Source: Promethearchaeota archaeon (lineage in GTDB: Archaea > Asgardarchaeota > Lokiarchaeia > Sigyniarchaeales > SOKP01). Taken from it: a stretch of 64,000 nt of DNA. The stretch is taken from NCBI GenBank assembly GCA_016840165.1, contig JAEOSU010000032.1, positions 74,680-138,679 on the forward strand, given 5' to 3'. A program made the position numbers and the translations under genes. Each line of letters opens with the position of its first letter. The stretch's first letter is position 1. Positions 1 through 8,840 of this stretch are shown here, piece after piece. The notes under the pieces are model-generated. The model saw nothing but the letters and a program-made list of their open reading frames with translations. It did not search any database and was not told where the DNA came from.

Positions 1-2
1 TA

Positions 3-194
3 AGGGCTCTAATGAACAAAGATAATGCTATGATTAATCTTGTGGAAAAAGGAGGAGAACAAGGTAATCTTATGGACATGAAAAACTTAGATACACAGCT
101 AGAAGACGCAATTAATGATTTGAGGATAAAAAAAATACTTGGAAAAAAAGAGGCAGCGAAAGCAAAGGATATAATTCATAATCTTGTATGGTAG
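3..194 (+). CDS. 3' end of a gene starting before the window (hypothetical, helical C-terminus)
   Basis: Frame of ORF 12..194 is open to the window edge (AGG GCT CTA ATG...). It ends at TAG 192-194 and is followed by T-rich tracts. Confidence 0.55.
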   Translation, partial: RALMNKDNAMINLVEKGGEQGNLMDMKNLDTQLEDAINDLRIKKILGKKEAAKAKDIIHNLVW

Positions 195-306
195 CCATAA
201 ACCTAAATCTAAATTTTTTAATATTCTTTTTAATCTCTTAAATTTAAAATATTTGTATAATTATATTTCTTACCTAATTTTGAAAATTTAGAAATGGAGA
301 GCTATA

Positions 307-1560
307 ATGGCTAATAAATTAAATTTAACGAAAAGCTTTGAATTGTATGAAGAAGCTTTGAATCTTATACCTGGAGCTATATTAGGAATTCGAAGACCAT
401 ATAATTTTGTTGAAGGAGAATATCCTATATTTTTTAAAGAAGCAAAGGGCGGGAAGGTTATTGATGTAGATGGGAATTCTTACATTGATATGCTTTGTGC
501 TTATGGACCAATAATAATAGGTCATCAAGAGCCAGAAATTGATAATGCTGTTATTGAACAGATTAAAACTAAAGGATTTTGTATGTCTCTTACTCAACCA
601 ATTCAAAATGAATTAGGGAAGTTATTGAGAAAGCATATCCCTTGCTGTGAAAAATTAGTATTAATGAAGATGGGGACAGACGCAACAACTGCAGCAATCC
701 GCGTTGCTCGAGCATATACTAAAAAAGTAAAAATCTTAACATGTGGATATCATGGATGGTACGATGCTTTCAGCGAGGTTCATGGTATAGAAGCTGGTAT
801 TCCCGAGAAATTATATGAAGACTTCTATGAATTCCAATTTAATAATATAGTTGAAGTCGATCAATTGTTTAAGGAACATAAAAATGAAGTTGCTGCCGTT
901 ATTGTGAATCCAATTCATACTCCTGGAGGGAGAGAGGTTCAAGAACCAGAAAATGATTTCCTTAAAACTTTAAGAAATCTATGTTCTGAAAATGACGCTT
1001 TATTGGTCTATGATGAAATACGTACTGGATTCAGGGTAGATATGGGAGGCGCTCAGAAAAAATATGATGCTATCCCTGATTTAGCAGCCTTTGGAAAAGC
1101 GATGGGGAATGGCTATCCTATCAGCACGTTAGTTGGAAAGAAAGAATATATGGATGTGTTAGTCGAAAAAGTATTTTTAAGTTCAACTTTCTTTCCAAAC
1201 AGTTTGGCACAAATAGCAGCAATTAAAACCATCCAAATGTTAGAACGAGAAAAGGTTTTAGAAACTATCGCAGAAAATGGAGATCTTTTTGCTAATCAAG
1301 TTAAGGACTATATTACAGATAGCAGAATTCCTTGCAAATTTAGTGGAGCACCTTGGATGCCTTATATAACCTTCGATCCTGATCCTAATTATTTGTATCG
1401 TAAACTTAGGGAAGAATTTTATCGACAATTAATACGCCAGAAAGTATTTTTGCAACCTTTTCATCATGGTTACATCGCATACCGGCACACAAAAGAAGAT
1501 TTAGATTATGCTGCTCAAGCAATTGATAATGCTTTGAAATCATGTAAATCATTAATTTAA
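307..1560 (+). CDS. kat: 3-aminobutyryl-CoA aminotransferase (class III PLP, GSA-aminomutase-like)
   Basis: PLP lysine in AAFGKAM; DEIRTGFR. The strings GIRRPYNFVxGEYPIFF, KVFLSSTFFPNS and QPFHHGYIxYRHT match my recall of Kat from Ca. Cloacimonas acidaminovorans. Lysine fermentation genes are adjacent. Confidence 0.85.
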   Translation: MANKLNLTKSFELYEEALNLIPGAILGIRRPYNFVEGEYPIFFKEAKGGKVIDVDGNSYIDMLCAYGPIIIGHQEPEIDNAVIEQIKTKGFCMSLTQPIQNELGKLLRKHIPCCEKLVLMKMGTDATTAAIRVARAYTKKVKILTCGYHGWYDAFSEVHGIEAGIPEKLYEDFYEFQFNNIVEVDQLFKEHKNEVAAVIVNPIHTPGGREVQEPENDFLKTLRNLCSENDALLVYDEIRTGFRVDMGGAQKKYDAIPDLAAFGKAMGNGYPISTLVGKKEYMDVLVEKVFLSSTFFPNSLAQIAAIKTIQMLEREKVLETIAENGDLFANQVKDYITDSRIPCKFSGAPWMPYITFDPDPNYLYRKLREEFYRQLIRQKVFLQPFHHGYIAYRHTKEDLDYAAQAIDNALKSCKSLI

Positions 1561-1693
1561 TAATAAAATCTGGTAAATTTGAATATTTTTTTATAACTTA
1601 AATTATTTTATAATATTTCATACATTAAAAATGAAAATTTGTTAATTATTTATAATTAGAAGAATTAAATAATAGATTTGTTTTTTATTCAAT

Positions 1694-2236
1694 ATGAATC
1701 TATCTTCAGAATCTGAACCTAAACAGAGTTTACTTAAAAATAAATTTTTTATTGTAGAAACAATCTATCTCATTATCATCGTTATCATTACGATAACAAT
1801 TTTTCTTGATTTCATAGACACGGGATTTTTCCTCGGTCCATTACGCTTCTCTCATTGGATGGGAATAATTGGAGCTTTTTTTATCATTTTTTTCGCACCA
1901 TTATTTTATTATCTGAAACGTCGTTATCCCAAACGATATAAAATTTTGATGAACATCCATGTATTTGGTTTTACTACTTCTTTCTTACTTGTGTCTATAC
2001 ATTTTGCTGGACAACTTAGTCGTCCATTACAATTTTATCCAGATTTAGGAGCAGGATTAGCTCTCTACATTATCGTAGCTCTCCTCGTTGGCACAGGGTA
2101 TTTGTTCAGATATAATCCCTTCAAATGGAAACGTAAAAAAGTTTCCCCTCATTTTAACAGGACATTACACGTGGGTCTTATAAGTGGATTATATATCGTA
2201 ATGATCGTTCATGTCACATTAAACTTTTTAATCTAA
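1694..2236 (+). CDS. Small polytopic membrane protein with several transmembrane His (cytochrome b/ferric-reductase-like TM domain)
   Basis: About 5 hydrophobic helices, with His at SHWMG, NIHVF, SIHFA, TLHVG and IVHVT. Confidence 0.5.
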   Translation: MNLSSESEPKQSLLKNKFFIVETIYLIIIVIITITIFLDFIDTGFFLGPLRFSHWMGIIGAFFIIFFAPLFYYLKRRYPKRYKILMNIHVFGFTTSFLLVSIHFAGQLSRPLQFYPDLGAGLALYIIVALLVGTGYLFRYNPFKWKRKKVSPHFNRTLHVGLISGLYIVMIVHVTLNFLI

Positions 2237-2273
2237 TTAAATCTAACAAAATTTCCTTTTTTAATTTCTCCTC

Positions 2274-2641
2274 TTAATCTTTTCGTATATCTGATAATTC
2301 TGAAAGGAAATTAACTCTTAAAGTGTTTAGTTCTTTAGCTTGTTTATCATGCCTTTCCTTTAAATCTGCTAATTTATCTTCTAGTTCTTTATTTGTTTCC
2401 TCTAATATCTCAACCTTTTTATCAACCTTAGATAATTTTTCATTACCATTTCCTAATAAAGTTATGTGTTCAATATTCTCTACATAGTGATTCATAAATT
2501 CTTCTGGATCACTTAACATTGTTTCATATCTCGCTGAAACACCAACTGATGTCCCCTCATTCTTTCCACAATCTCATAATCTATACGGTTTCTTTTTAAT
2601 TCTGTGTTGAACCATCTTCGAAAACTTTTAGGTGTAACATT
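2274..2641 (-). pseudogene. Frameshifted C-terminal remnant of a tyrosine recombinase/integrase
   Basis: Minus strand reads NVTPKSFRRWFNTELKRNRIDYEIVERMRGHQ (box II H/KxxR and MGH-like motifs). After a 1-nt frameshift near 2546 it continues VGVSARYETMLSDPEEFMNHY (catalytic Tyr position) into the coiled-coil tail of ORF 2274..2519. Confidence 0.7.
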
Positions 2642-3794
2642 TTCTAAAAAGAAATTTTAATCCTTTCTTTTCAATGTACCACCAAAGAACTCCAACCGAA
2701 ATACAAATTATCCAATTTATAATTAATAAGCCAATATTTACAAAAAGATCCCCAGATGCGATGCCAAGGGGATTAACTATTCCCGCAAATCCTAAAGTGT
2801 TCCACACGTCCTCATAAGCGATATATAAACAGACATAATATAGATCTTGAACTAAATAAATATGAAACGTTGCTCTACCGACTGGAGAGATAACTTTTGC
2901 TATTGGATTTTTAGGATTTTTCGGCAATAAACGTAGGACTATTAAAAAGATTAGAGCGGAATACACAAAAGTAAGATAATTATAATCTCCCCTTATAATT
3001 TCAGAGCCATTAATTACCAATCGAAAATCAAAGAAGTCCCAAGCAATCATGTATATTAAATTGACTGGAAATAATATCCACACAAATAAGTTCCTTTTAC
3101 TAAACAAATTATGATTCTGTGAAAACCAGATCCCCATACCCACAGCTGATAGATATAGGAAAATAACCTGTCGAAAAGGTAACTCTCGTAAAATATCATC
3201 AATTCCAGTTATTGGCCCAATATAAAAAAACAAGAATAAATGCATACAGATTTCAATAAGAAAACAAAGAATAAGAGTCAAAATAGGCTTTTTACTAAAC
3301 AAATAATATAACAGAGGAAGTAATAGTATTGATTGGATTAATACTGGAATGAACCAATTACCAGGGCCCTCTAAAAGTGATTTTTGAAATACAATATATT
3401 CTAAAAACCAGTTTTCATTAAGCGTTTCCGGGAAATATGCTCCATAAATGATAAATCCAATTATAGTTGATATAATATAAAAGATAATATAAGGAAATAT
3501 AAAACGCCAGAATTTCTTTTTAAAGTATGAGAGTGAATATAACTTTTTTAAAGATGCATCTCCTTCTCGGGCAAAAGATTTTCCCATATTAAAACCTAAT
3601 ATAACCAAGAATACGGGGATAGACATTCTTTCCCATAATTGATAACCAATTCCAAATATTTGACTATAAGCCAAAGAATGATCTAAAACGACGAAAGCAA
3701 TCATAATTGCTTTCAATAAATCAATCTGGAAAAGATTTTTTGATTTATTTTCCTGTTCAATAACTACATCATCATTCAATAAATTATCTTGCAT
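2628..3794 (-). CDS. Acyltransferase-3 (OafA/AT3) family membrane O-acyltransferase
   Basis: QIDLLKAIMIAFVVLDH (the usual R-x10-H with K for R), IPVFLVILGF, FWRFIFPY, GNWFI, TFHIYLVQ; about 10 TM helices. Confidence 0.8.
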   Translation of the reverse strand: MQDNLLNDDVVIEQENKSKNLFQIDLLKAIMIAFVVLDHSLAYSQIFGIGYQLWERMSIPVFLVILGFNMGKSFAREGDASLKKLYSLSYFKKKFWRFIFPYIIFYIISTIIGFIIYGAYFPETLNENWFLEYIVFQKSLLEGPGNWFIPVLIQSILLLPLLYYLFSKKPILTLILCFLIEICMHLFLFFYIGPITGIDDILRELPFRQVIFLYLSAVGMGIWFSQNHNLFSKRNLFVWILFPVNLIYMIAWDFFDFRLVINGSEIIRGDYNYLTFVYSALIFLIVLRLLPKNPKNPIAKVISPVGRATFHIYLVQDLYYVCLYIAYEDVWNTLGFAGIVNPLGIASGDLFVNIGLLIINWIICISVGVLWWYIEKKGLKFLFRKCYT

Positions 3795-3865
3795 TCTTTT
3801 ATTCTCTTAAAGAATATTAATTGAATTCAAATGTCTTTGTAAACTAATAAATGTTATATATCATT

Positions 3866-3885
3866 ACTTCTAAAATCTTAGAAGT
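3866..3885. promoter_or_regulatory. 8-bp inverted repeat in the divergent AT3/kce intergenic region, candidate operator
   Basis: ACTTCTAA-AATC-TTAGAAGT. Confidence 0.3.
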
Positions 3886-3995
3886 TAGATACACCCGTAT
3901 AAAATATGACCGAAACAATCATAAAATTTTATTAGTTAAACAATTTTTTATCCTCACTAAAGTTATATTATTTCAAACGTATAATTGAAATAACT

Positions 3996-4817
3996 ATGGA
4001 GAAATTGATAATCACTGCTGCTATATGTGGTGCTGAAGCCTTTAAAGAGAATAATCCAGCTATTCCATATACAGTAAAAGAAATTGGTATAGAAGCAGAA
4101 AGAGCGTTTTTAGCTGGAGCTAGCATTATTCATCTTCATGTTCGTGAAGATGATGGAACTCCTACTCAAAATAAAGAACGGTTTAAAGCATGCATGGAAG
4201 AGATAAAAAGTAGGATAGAAGAGGTTATTATTATGCCGTCTACGGGAGGAGCTGTTGGTATGACAGATCAGGAGAGGCTTCAACCCATATTTCTTGAAAA
4301 TATTGAAATGGCTAGCTTAGATATGGGAACAATGAATTTTGGAGGTCAAGAAATTTTTGTAAATACCGAGAAAACCATAAAACACTTTGCCGAAGAGATG
4401 TATAAGCGAGGAATTAAACCTGAACTAGAATGTTTTGACAAAGGGATGATTGATACCACTTTACGATTGAACGCTCAAGGTTTAATTAAATCCCCAATGC
4501 ATTTTAATTTAGTGTTTGGGGTTAAAGGTGGAATAAACGCAACTATCAGAGATTTGGCATACCTTATTGATAATCTTCCTCATAATTCTACCTACACAGT
4601 AACTGGTATTGGTCAATATGAAATGCCAATGGCGGCCTTAAGTATAGCTTTAGGTGGACATGTTCGCGTAGGCCTTGAAGATAATATTTATATATCTAAA
4701 GGAGTGTTAGCTGAGTCGAATGCTCAATTAGTAGATAAAATAGTTCGTATCGCAAATGAGATGGGCAGAGAAATTGCCTCTCCATACGACGCGAGAAAGA
4801 TTTTAAAAATTAAATAA
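3996..4817 (+). CDS. kce: 3-keto-5-aminohexanoate cleavage enzyme (BKACE/DUF849)
   Basis: LIITAAICGAE, IIHLHVR (Zn HxH), PSTGGA, MNFG, ELECFD, GGHVRVGLEDN. Confidence 0.93.
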   Translation: MEKLIITAAICGAEAFKENNPAIPYTVKEIGIEAERAFLAGASIIHLHVREDDGTPTQNKERFKACMEEIKSRIEEVIIMPSTGGAVGMTDQERLQPIFLENIEMASLDMGTMNFGGQEIFVNTEKTIKHFAEEMYKRGIKPELECFDKGMIDTTLRLNAQGLIKSPMHFNLVFGVKGGINATIRDLAYLIDNLPHNSTYTVTGIGQYEMPMAALSIALGGHVRVGLEDNIYISKGVLAESNAQLVDKIVRIANEMGREIASPYDARKILKIK

Positions 4818-4847
4818 AAAATATGAAAAGATAAGATTGGGAATAAA

Positions 4848-5555
4848 ATGTATAAAGATTTCGCAGATGTTTATGATTTAATTTATTCTTTTATTGATTA
4901 TAAAAAAGCTTGTAAAAAGCTCTCTAAGTTAATTAAGAAATACAAGAAATCTTCTGGAATAGAGTTACTTGATGTTGCTTGTGGGACGGGTTCCCACTTA
5001 TTTTATTTACAAAATGAATTTATTTGCTCAGGTACAGATATAAATACAGAAATGTTAAACATTGCCGGAGAAAAAGTAGAAAATGCGACTTTTATTCACT
5101 CCGACATGATAAATATGGATCTTAAAAAGAAATTTGATATCATTACCTGCCTATTTAGTTCAATTGGTTATGTAAAAACATATGAAAACTTAAAAAAAAC
5201 GATTGAAAATTTTTCTAATCATTTAAACCCTGGAGGTGTGGTAATCATTGAACCATGGATATCAAAATCAGATTATCAACCCGGAAGGCCTTCAATGAAT
5301 ACTTATGATAACGATAATATAAAAATCGCCCGGTTAAACACAGCAAAACTCAATGATAATTTGTCTATCATGGAAATGCATTATTTAATGGTCAAAAAAG
5401 ATGAGGATGTACAATATTTTAAGGATTGCCATGAGTTAGGCTTATTTGATCATGAAGAGACAATCCAGATAATGAAAGATTCAGATTTGGAAGTAATATC
5501 ATTTCAAAAGGGAGTAATGGTTGATAGGGGTCTTTTTTTAGGGATCAAGAAATAA
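4848..5555 (+). CDS. Class I SAM-dependent methyltransferase (TylM1/DesVI-like)
   Basis: LLDVACGTG, FDIITCLFSSIGY, HLNPGGVVIIEPW. Confidence 0.8.
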   Translation: MYKDFADVYDLIYSFIDYKKACKKLSKLIKKYKKSSGIELLDVACGTGSHLFYLQNEFICSGTDINTEMLNIAGEKVENATFIHSDMINMDLKKKFDIITCLFSSIGYVKTYENLKKTIENFSNHLNPGGVVIIEPWISKSDYQPGRPSMNTYDNDNIKIARLNTAKLNDNLSIMEMHYLMVKKDEDVQYFKDCHELGLFDHEETIQIMKDSDLEVISFQKGVMVDRGLFLGIKK

Positions 5556-5576
5556 TATATCAAAACTAAGATGTGA

Positions 5577-6620
5577 ATGAATATGAAAAAAGGAAACAAA
5601 TATGGAACCCATAGGGTGATCAAGCCTATAGGGGCTCTTCCACAACCAGCTCAGAAAATATCCAATGATGAAAACTTATTTGATAATGAGATATTAGTTG
5701 ATGTTGATTACTTGAATATTGATTCAGCAAGTTTTACTCAATTAAAAGAAGAAGCACGCGGCGATTTAAATAAAATAGAAAAAAGGATTATACAAATAGT
5801 AAGTGAAAAAGGAAAAATGCAAAATCCAATTACAGGTTCAGGGGGAATGCTAATTGGTACAGTGGAGAAAATTGGGGATGCGATTTTAGGAAAAATAGAT
5901 CTCAAAAGTGGGGACAAAATAGCGACATTGGTCTCTCTTTCTTTAACTCCTCTTAAAATCAATAGGATCAAGAAAATTTATCCAGAAATTGATCGTGTAG
6001 AAATTGATGGTAAAGCAATTCTGTTTGAAAGTGGAATTTTTGCAAAATTACCTAAAGACATGGAAGATACTTTGGCACTAGCAGCACTCGATGTTGCAGG
6101 AGCTCCCGCTCAAGTGCAAAAGCTTGTGAAACAAGGAGACACAGTACTGATTCTAGGTGCAACAGGCAAATCAGGTCTGATGTGTTCATATATGGCTAAA
6201 AGAATGGTTGGAAAAGAGGGGAAAGTTATTGGTCAGGCAAGAAATGGATCGCGAGCTAGTTTTCTCAAAGAAACACAATTTTGTCATGAGGTTATAATTG
6301 CTGATGTGCTAAAACCCATTGAAGTATTGGAAGAAACATTAAAAGTGAATAATGGAAGAGAAGTAGACATCTCGATAAATTGCTTAAGTATTCCGAATAC
6401 AGAAATGTCGAGTATTTTACCGGTTCGAGATGGTGGCATAGTATATTTCTTTTCGATGGCAACTAGTTTTACAAAGGCCGCATTAGGAGCAGAAGGTGTA
6501 GGAAAAGATGTTACCATGATTATTGGGAATGGTTATACCAAAAATCATGTGGAAATAACGTTAAATCTTTTGAGAGAATCTGAAAAGTTAAGAAGAATAT
6601 TTGAAGAAAAATATTGTTAG
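5577..6620 (+). CDS. kdd: L-erythro-3,5-diaminohexanoate dehydrogenase
   Basis: KYGTHRVI, LNIDSASFTQ, NPITGSGGMLIG, ALDVAGAPAQ, FFSMATSFTKAALGAEG. Start may be ATG 5583. Confidence 0.92.
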   Translation: MNMKKGNKYGTHRVIKPIGALPQPAQKISNDENLFDNEILVDVDYLNIDSASFTQLKEEARGDLNKIEKRIIQIVSEKGKMQNPITGSGGMLIGTVEKIGDAILGKIDLKSGDKIATLVSLSLTPLKINRIKKIYPEIDRVEIDGKAILFESGIFAKLPKDMEDTLALAALDVAGAPAQVQKLVKQGDTVLILGATGKSGLMCSYMAKRMVGKEGKVIGQARNGSRASFLKETQFCHEVIIADVLKPIEVLEETLKVNNGREVDISINCLSIPNTEMSSILPVRDGGIVYFFSMATSFTKAALGAEGVGKDVTMIIGNGYTKNHVEITLNLLRESEKLRRIFEEKYC

Positions 6621-7063
6621 CTAGAATTTTTATAATCCTCTCCACAATAACAAGTTTCGGAATTAGGAATTTCATTTCCACAGGGACAAAAATTTGGATG
6701 GTTATATTTCTCACAAATTCTATTGATAGTCTCACAAGAGAACATTAAATTAAGTTTTTCACTTTCTTCGTGTGCCTGATCTATAGTTAACTCCAACTCA
6801 TTATAGAGGAGAAGTTCTAGTAGTTGGGCATGACGCAATAATTCCTTGGCAAGATTTACTCCTTTTTGAGTAAGCTCGACATGAGAATAACGTATCCATT
6901 TAATTAACTCAGCTTTTTCAAGTCTTTCAAGACAACTATTTATAGTTGATAAAGCTATTTTAATAGCTCTAGTAGATTTGATTTCTGATTGAATTTTCTT
7001 CAATCTTACCTTTTCATCGTTCCGGAAAATAATTTTTAATATTTGGTAATCGATATCCAACAT
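6617..7063 (-). CDS. DtxR/MntR-family metal-dependent regulator with Cys-rich C-terminus
   Basis: wHTH followed by VELTQKG, LLRHAQLLELLL, HPNFCPCGNEIP. Last gene of the ZIP cassette; its stop codon overlaps the kdd stop. Confidence 0.8.
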   Translation of the reverse strand: MLDIDYQILKIIFRNDEKVRLKKIQSEIKSTRAIKIALSTINSCLERLEKAELIKWIRYSHVELTQKGVNLAKELLRHAQLLELLLYNELELTIDQAHEESEKLNLMFSCETINRICEKYNHPNFCPCGNEIPNSETCYCGEDYKNSS

Positions 7064-7080
7064 ATTTTATCAATCCTTAT

Positions 7081-7836
7081 TTAATGATTGTGTCCTCCTA
7101 AAAAGAGAAGCAGTGTCATTAGGACTATACCAAGAACAATTAGGAATAATTGTTTAACAATTTCTTTCGTTTCTGTACGTTCATGAAGTTGAGGAGTTAA
7201 GTCAGATAATGCAATATATATAAAACTGGCAGCGGAGAAAGCCAAAAAGATCGGAACGACTGTCTCAAAAACATCTAAAATGAAATAACTTATAATTGCT
7301 GAAGGTATGGTAGTAGAACTAGATAGAATATTATATAAAAATGCTTTTTTGTTTGACATTCCACTATGGATCAATATTGCAAAATCACCCGTCTCTTGTG
7401 GGATTTCATGCATAATAATTGTGAAACTCGCTGCTAAACCAATATTAAAATCAGTTAGAAATGCTGCAGCAATTACAATGCCATCAGTAAAATTGTGAAA
7501 TGCATCCCCAATTAAAACTAATGGTCCAGGTGCATGAGCATGAACCTCACATGCATTATTTTGACAATTTCTCCAAATAAGGAATTTTTCTAGAAAGAAA
7601 AAAAATAAGATCCCTCCTAATATTATGGTAGTTATAAGATGTGGCTCCGTTACAGCCTCTATTGACTCTGGAATTAAACCCAAGAATGCAGCGGTTAATA
7701 ATGTTCCCGTAGCAAAGGATAGTAATGCGGGAATTAACTTTTTTTGAATTTTTTCTCCTAATACAACAAATATTGAAGCGGCTGCGATAGCCCCGACACT
7801 CCCCAAAATACTAAAGAGTATAACCCATATTAACAT
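7081..7836 (-). CDS. ZIP family divalent metal transporter (paralog 2)
   Basis: SFATGTLL, GDAFHNFTDG, HEIPQE, FIYIALSDLTP. Confidence 0.9.
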   Translation of the reverse strand: MLIWVILFSILGSVGAIAAASIFVVLGEKIQKKLIPALLSFATGTLLTAAFLGLIPESIEAVTEPHLITTIILGGILFFFFLEKFLIWRNCQNNACEVHAHAPGPLVLIGDAFHNFTDGIVIAAAFLTDFNIGLAASFTIIMHEIPQETGDFAILIHSGMSNKKAFLYNILSSSTTIPSAIISYFILDVFETVVPIFLAFSAASFIYIALSDLTPQLHERTETKEIVKQLFLIVLGIVLMTLLLFLGGHNH

Positions 7837-7875
7837 ATTTTTCCTTACTTTTAGATTAATAATTTATAATTCTAT

Positions 7876-8631
7876 TTAAATCAAAGATTTCCAAAGAAAG
7901 ATTAAGATCATTATACCTATTCCAGCTAAAATTAGTGTTATTTGCCTCAATGAATATTTAAATCCCACTTTTTTATGCAGTTCTGGTGTTAAATCAGATA
8001 GTGCGATATAAATGAAACTAGATGCGGAAATCGCCAGTACGTATGGTATCGCTAGGCTGAGTATATCTAAGATAAAGTATCCGATAATTGCTGCGGGGAT
8101 AGTCGAAAGACCAGAAAGAGTATTGTATATGAATGCTTTTTTCTTAGTGTAATCTTTATCAATTAAAATAGCTAGATCTCCAATTTCTTGTGGGATCTCA
8201 TGAGCTATTACTGAAATACTTACTACAATTCCAACAAATGGATCTAATAAGAAGGAGGCAGCAATTACTATACCATCAACGAAATTGTGAAAAGCATCAC
8301 CAATTAGAATAATCGGTCCTGCTGCACTTTCGGTGACTTCGCAGGAATCCTCATGACAATGTCTCCATATGACTAATTTTTCTAAAATGAAAAAAAACAA
8401 AATTCCTCCTAAGAAAAATGACATTACAAGCTGAATTTGATTCCCTGAATTTATAATGGCCGTAGGAATCATTCCTAGGGATGCGGCTGCGAGAAGTGTT
8501 CCGATAGCAAATGAAACCAAACAACTTACAAGTCCTTTTTGGGATCGTTTTTTAATTGACAAAAAACCAAAGGCAATTATAATTGCCCCAACACTCCCTA
8601 AAATGCTAAATAATATAACCCAAAATATCAT
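7876..8631 (-). CDS. ZIP family divalent metal transporter (paralog 1)
   Basis: SFAIGTLL, GDAFHNFVDG, HEIPQE. Same length (251 aa) as its neighbour. Confidence 0.9.
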   Translation of the reverse strand: MIFWVILFSILGSVGAIIIAFGFLSIKKRSQKGLVSCLVSFAIGTLLAAASLGMIPTAIINSGNQIQLVMSFFLGGILFFFILEKLVIWRHCHEDSCEVTESAAGPIILIGDAFHNFVDGIVIAASFLLDPFVGIVVSISVIAHEIPQEIGDLAILIDKDYTKKKAFIYNTLSGLSTIPAAIIGYFILDILSLAIPYVLAISASSFIYIALSDLTPELHKKVGFKYSLRQITLILAGIGIMILIFLWKSLI

Positions 8632-8679
8632 CTTTTTATAAAATTCTTAATTTATTGTATATTTTTTCTTATATATTAA

Positions 8680-8695
8680 TTACGATAGATCGTAA
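8680..8695. promoter_or_regulatory. Perfect 7-bp inverted repeat upstream of the ZIP operon, candidate operator for the DtxR-like regulator
   Basis: TTACGAT-AG-ATCGTAA, about 50 nt upstream of the ZIP start, in the divergent ZIP/kamA intergenic region. Confidence 0.5.
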
Positions 8696-8840
8696 ATCTT
8701 CATTTTTAAACATTTCGCTCCCAAATACAATATAATATGATTTTCAATAAAAGAGCGATATTTATTAAACAAATAACTATTTGAACAAAAAATCTTTAAC
8801 TAACTTGATATATCGGGATTTAATAAAATATTGAATCATT

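Noticed and set aside
307-1560. HemL (glutamate-1-semialdehyde aminomutase)
   Set aside because: It lacks the HemL-type GGVNSPVR and SGTEA motifs; Kat-like strings and gene context fit better.
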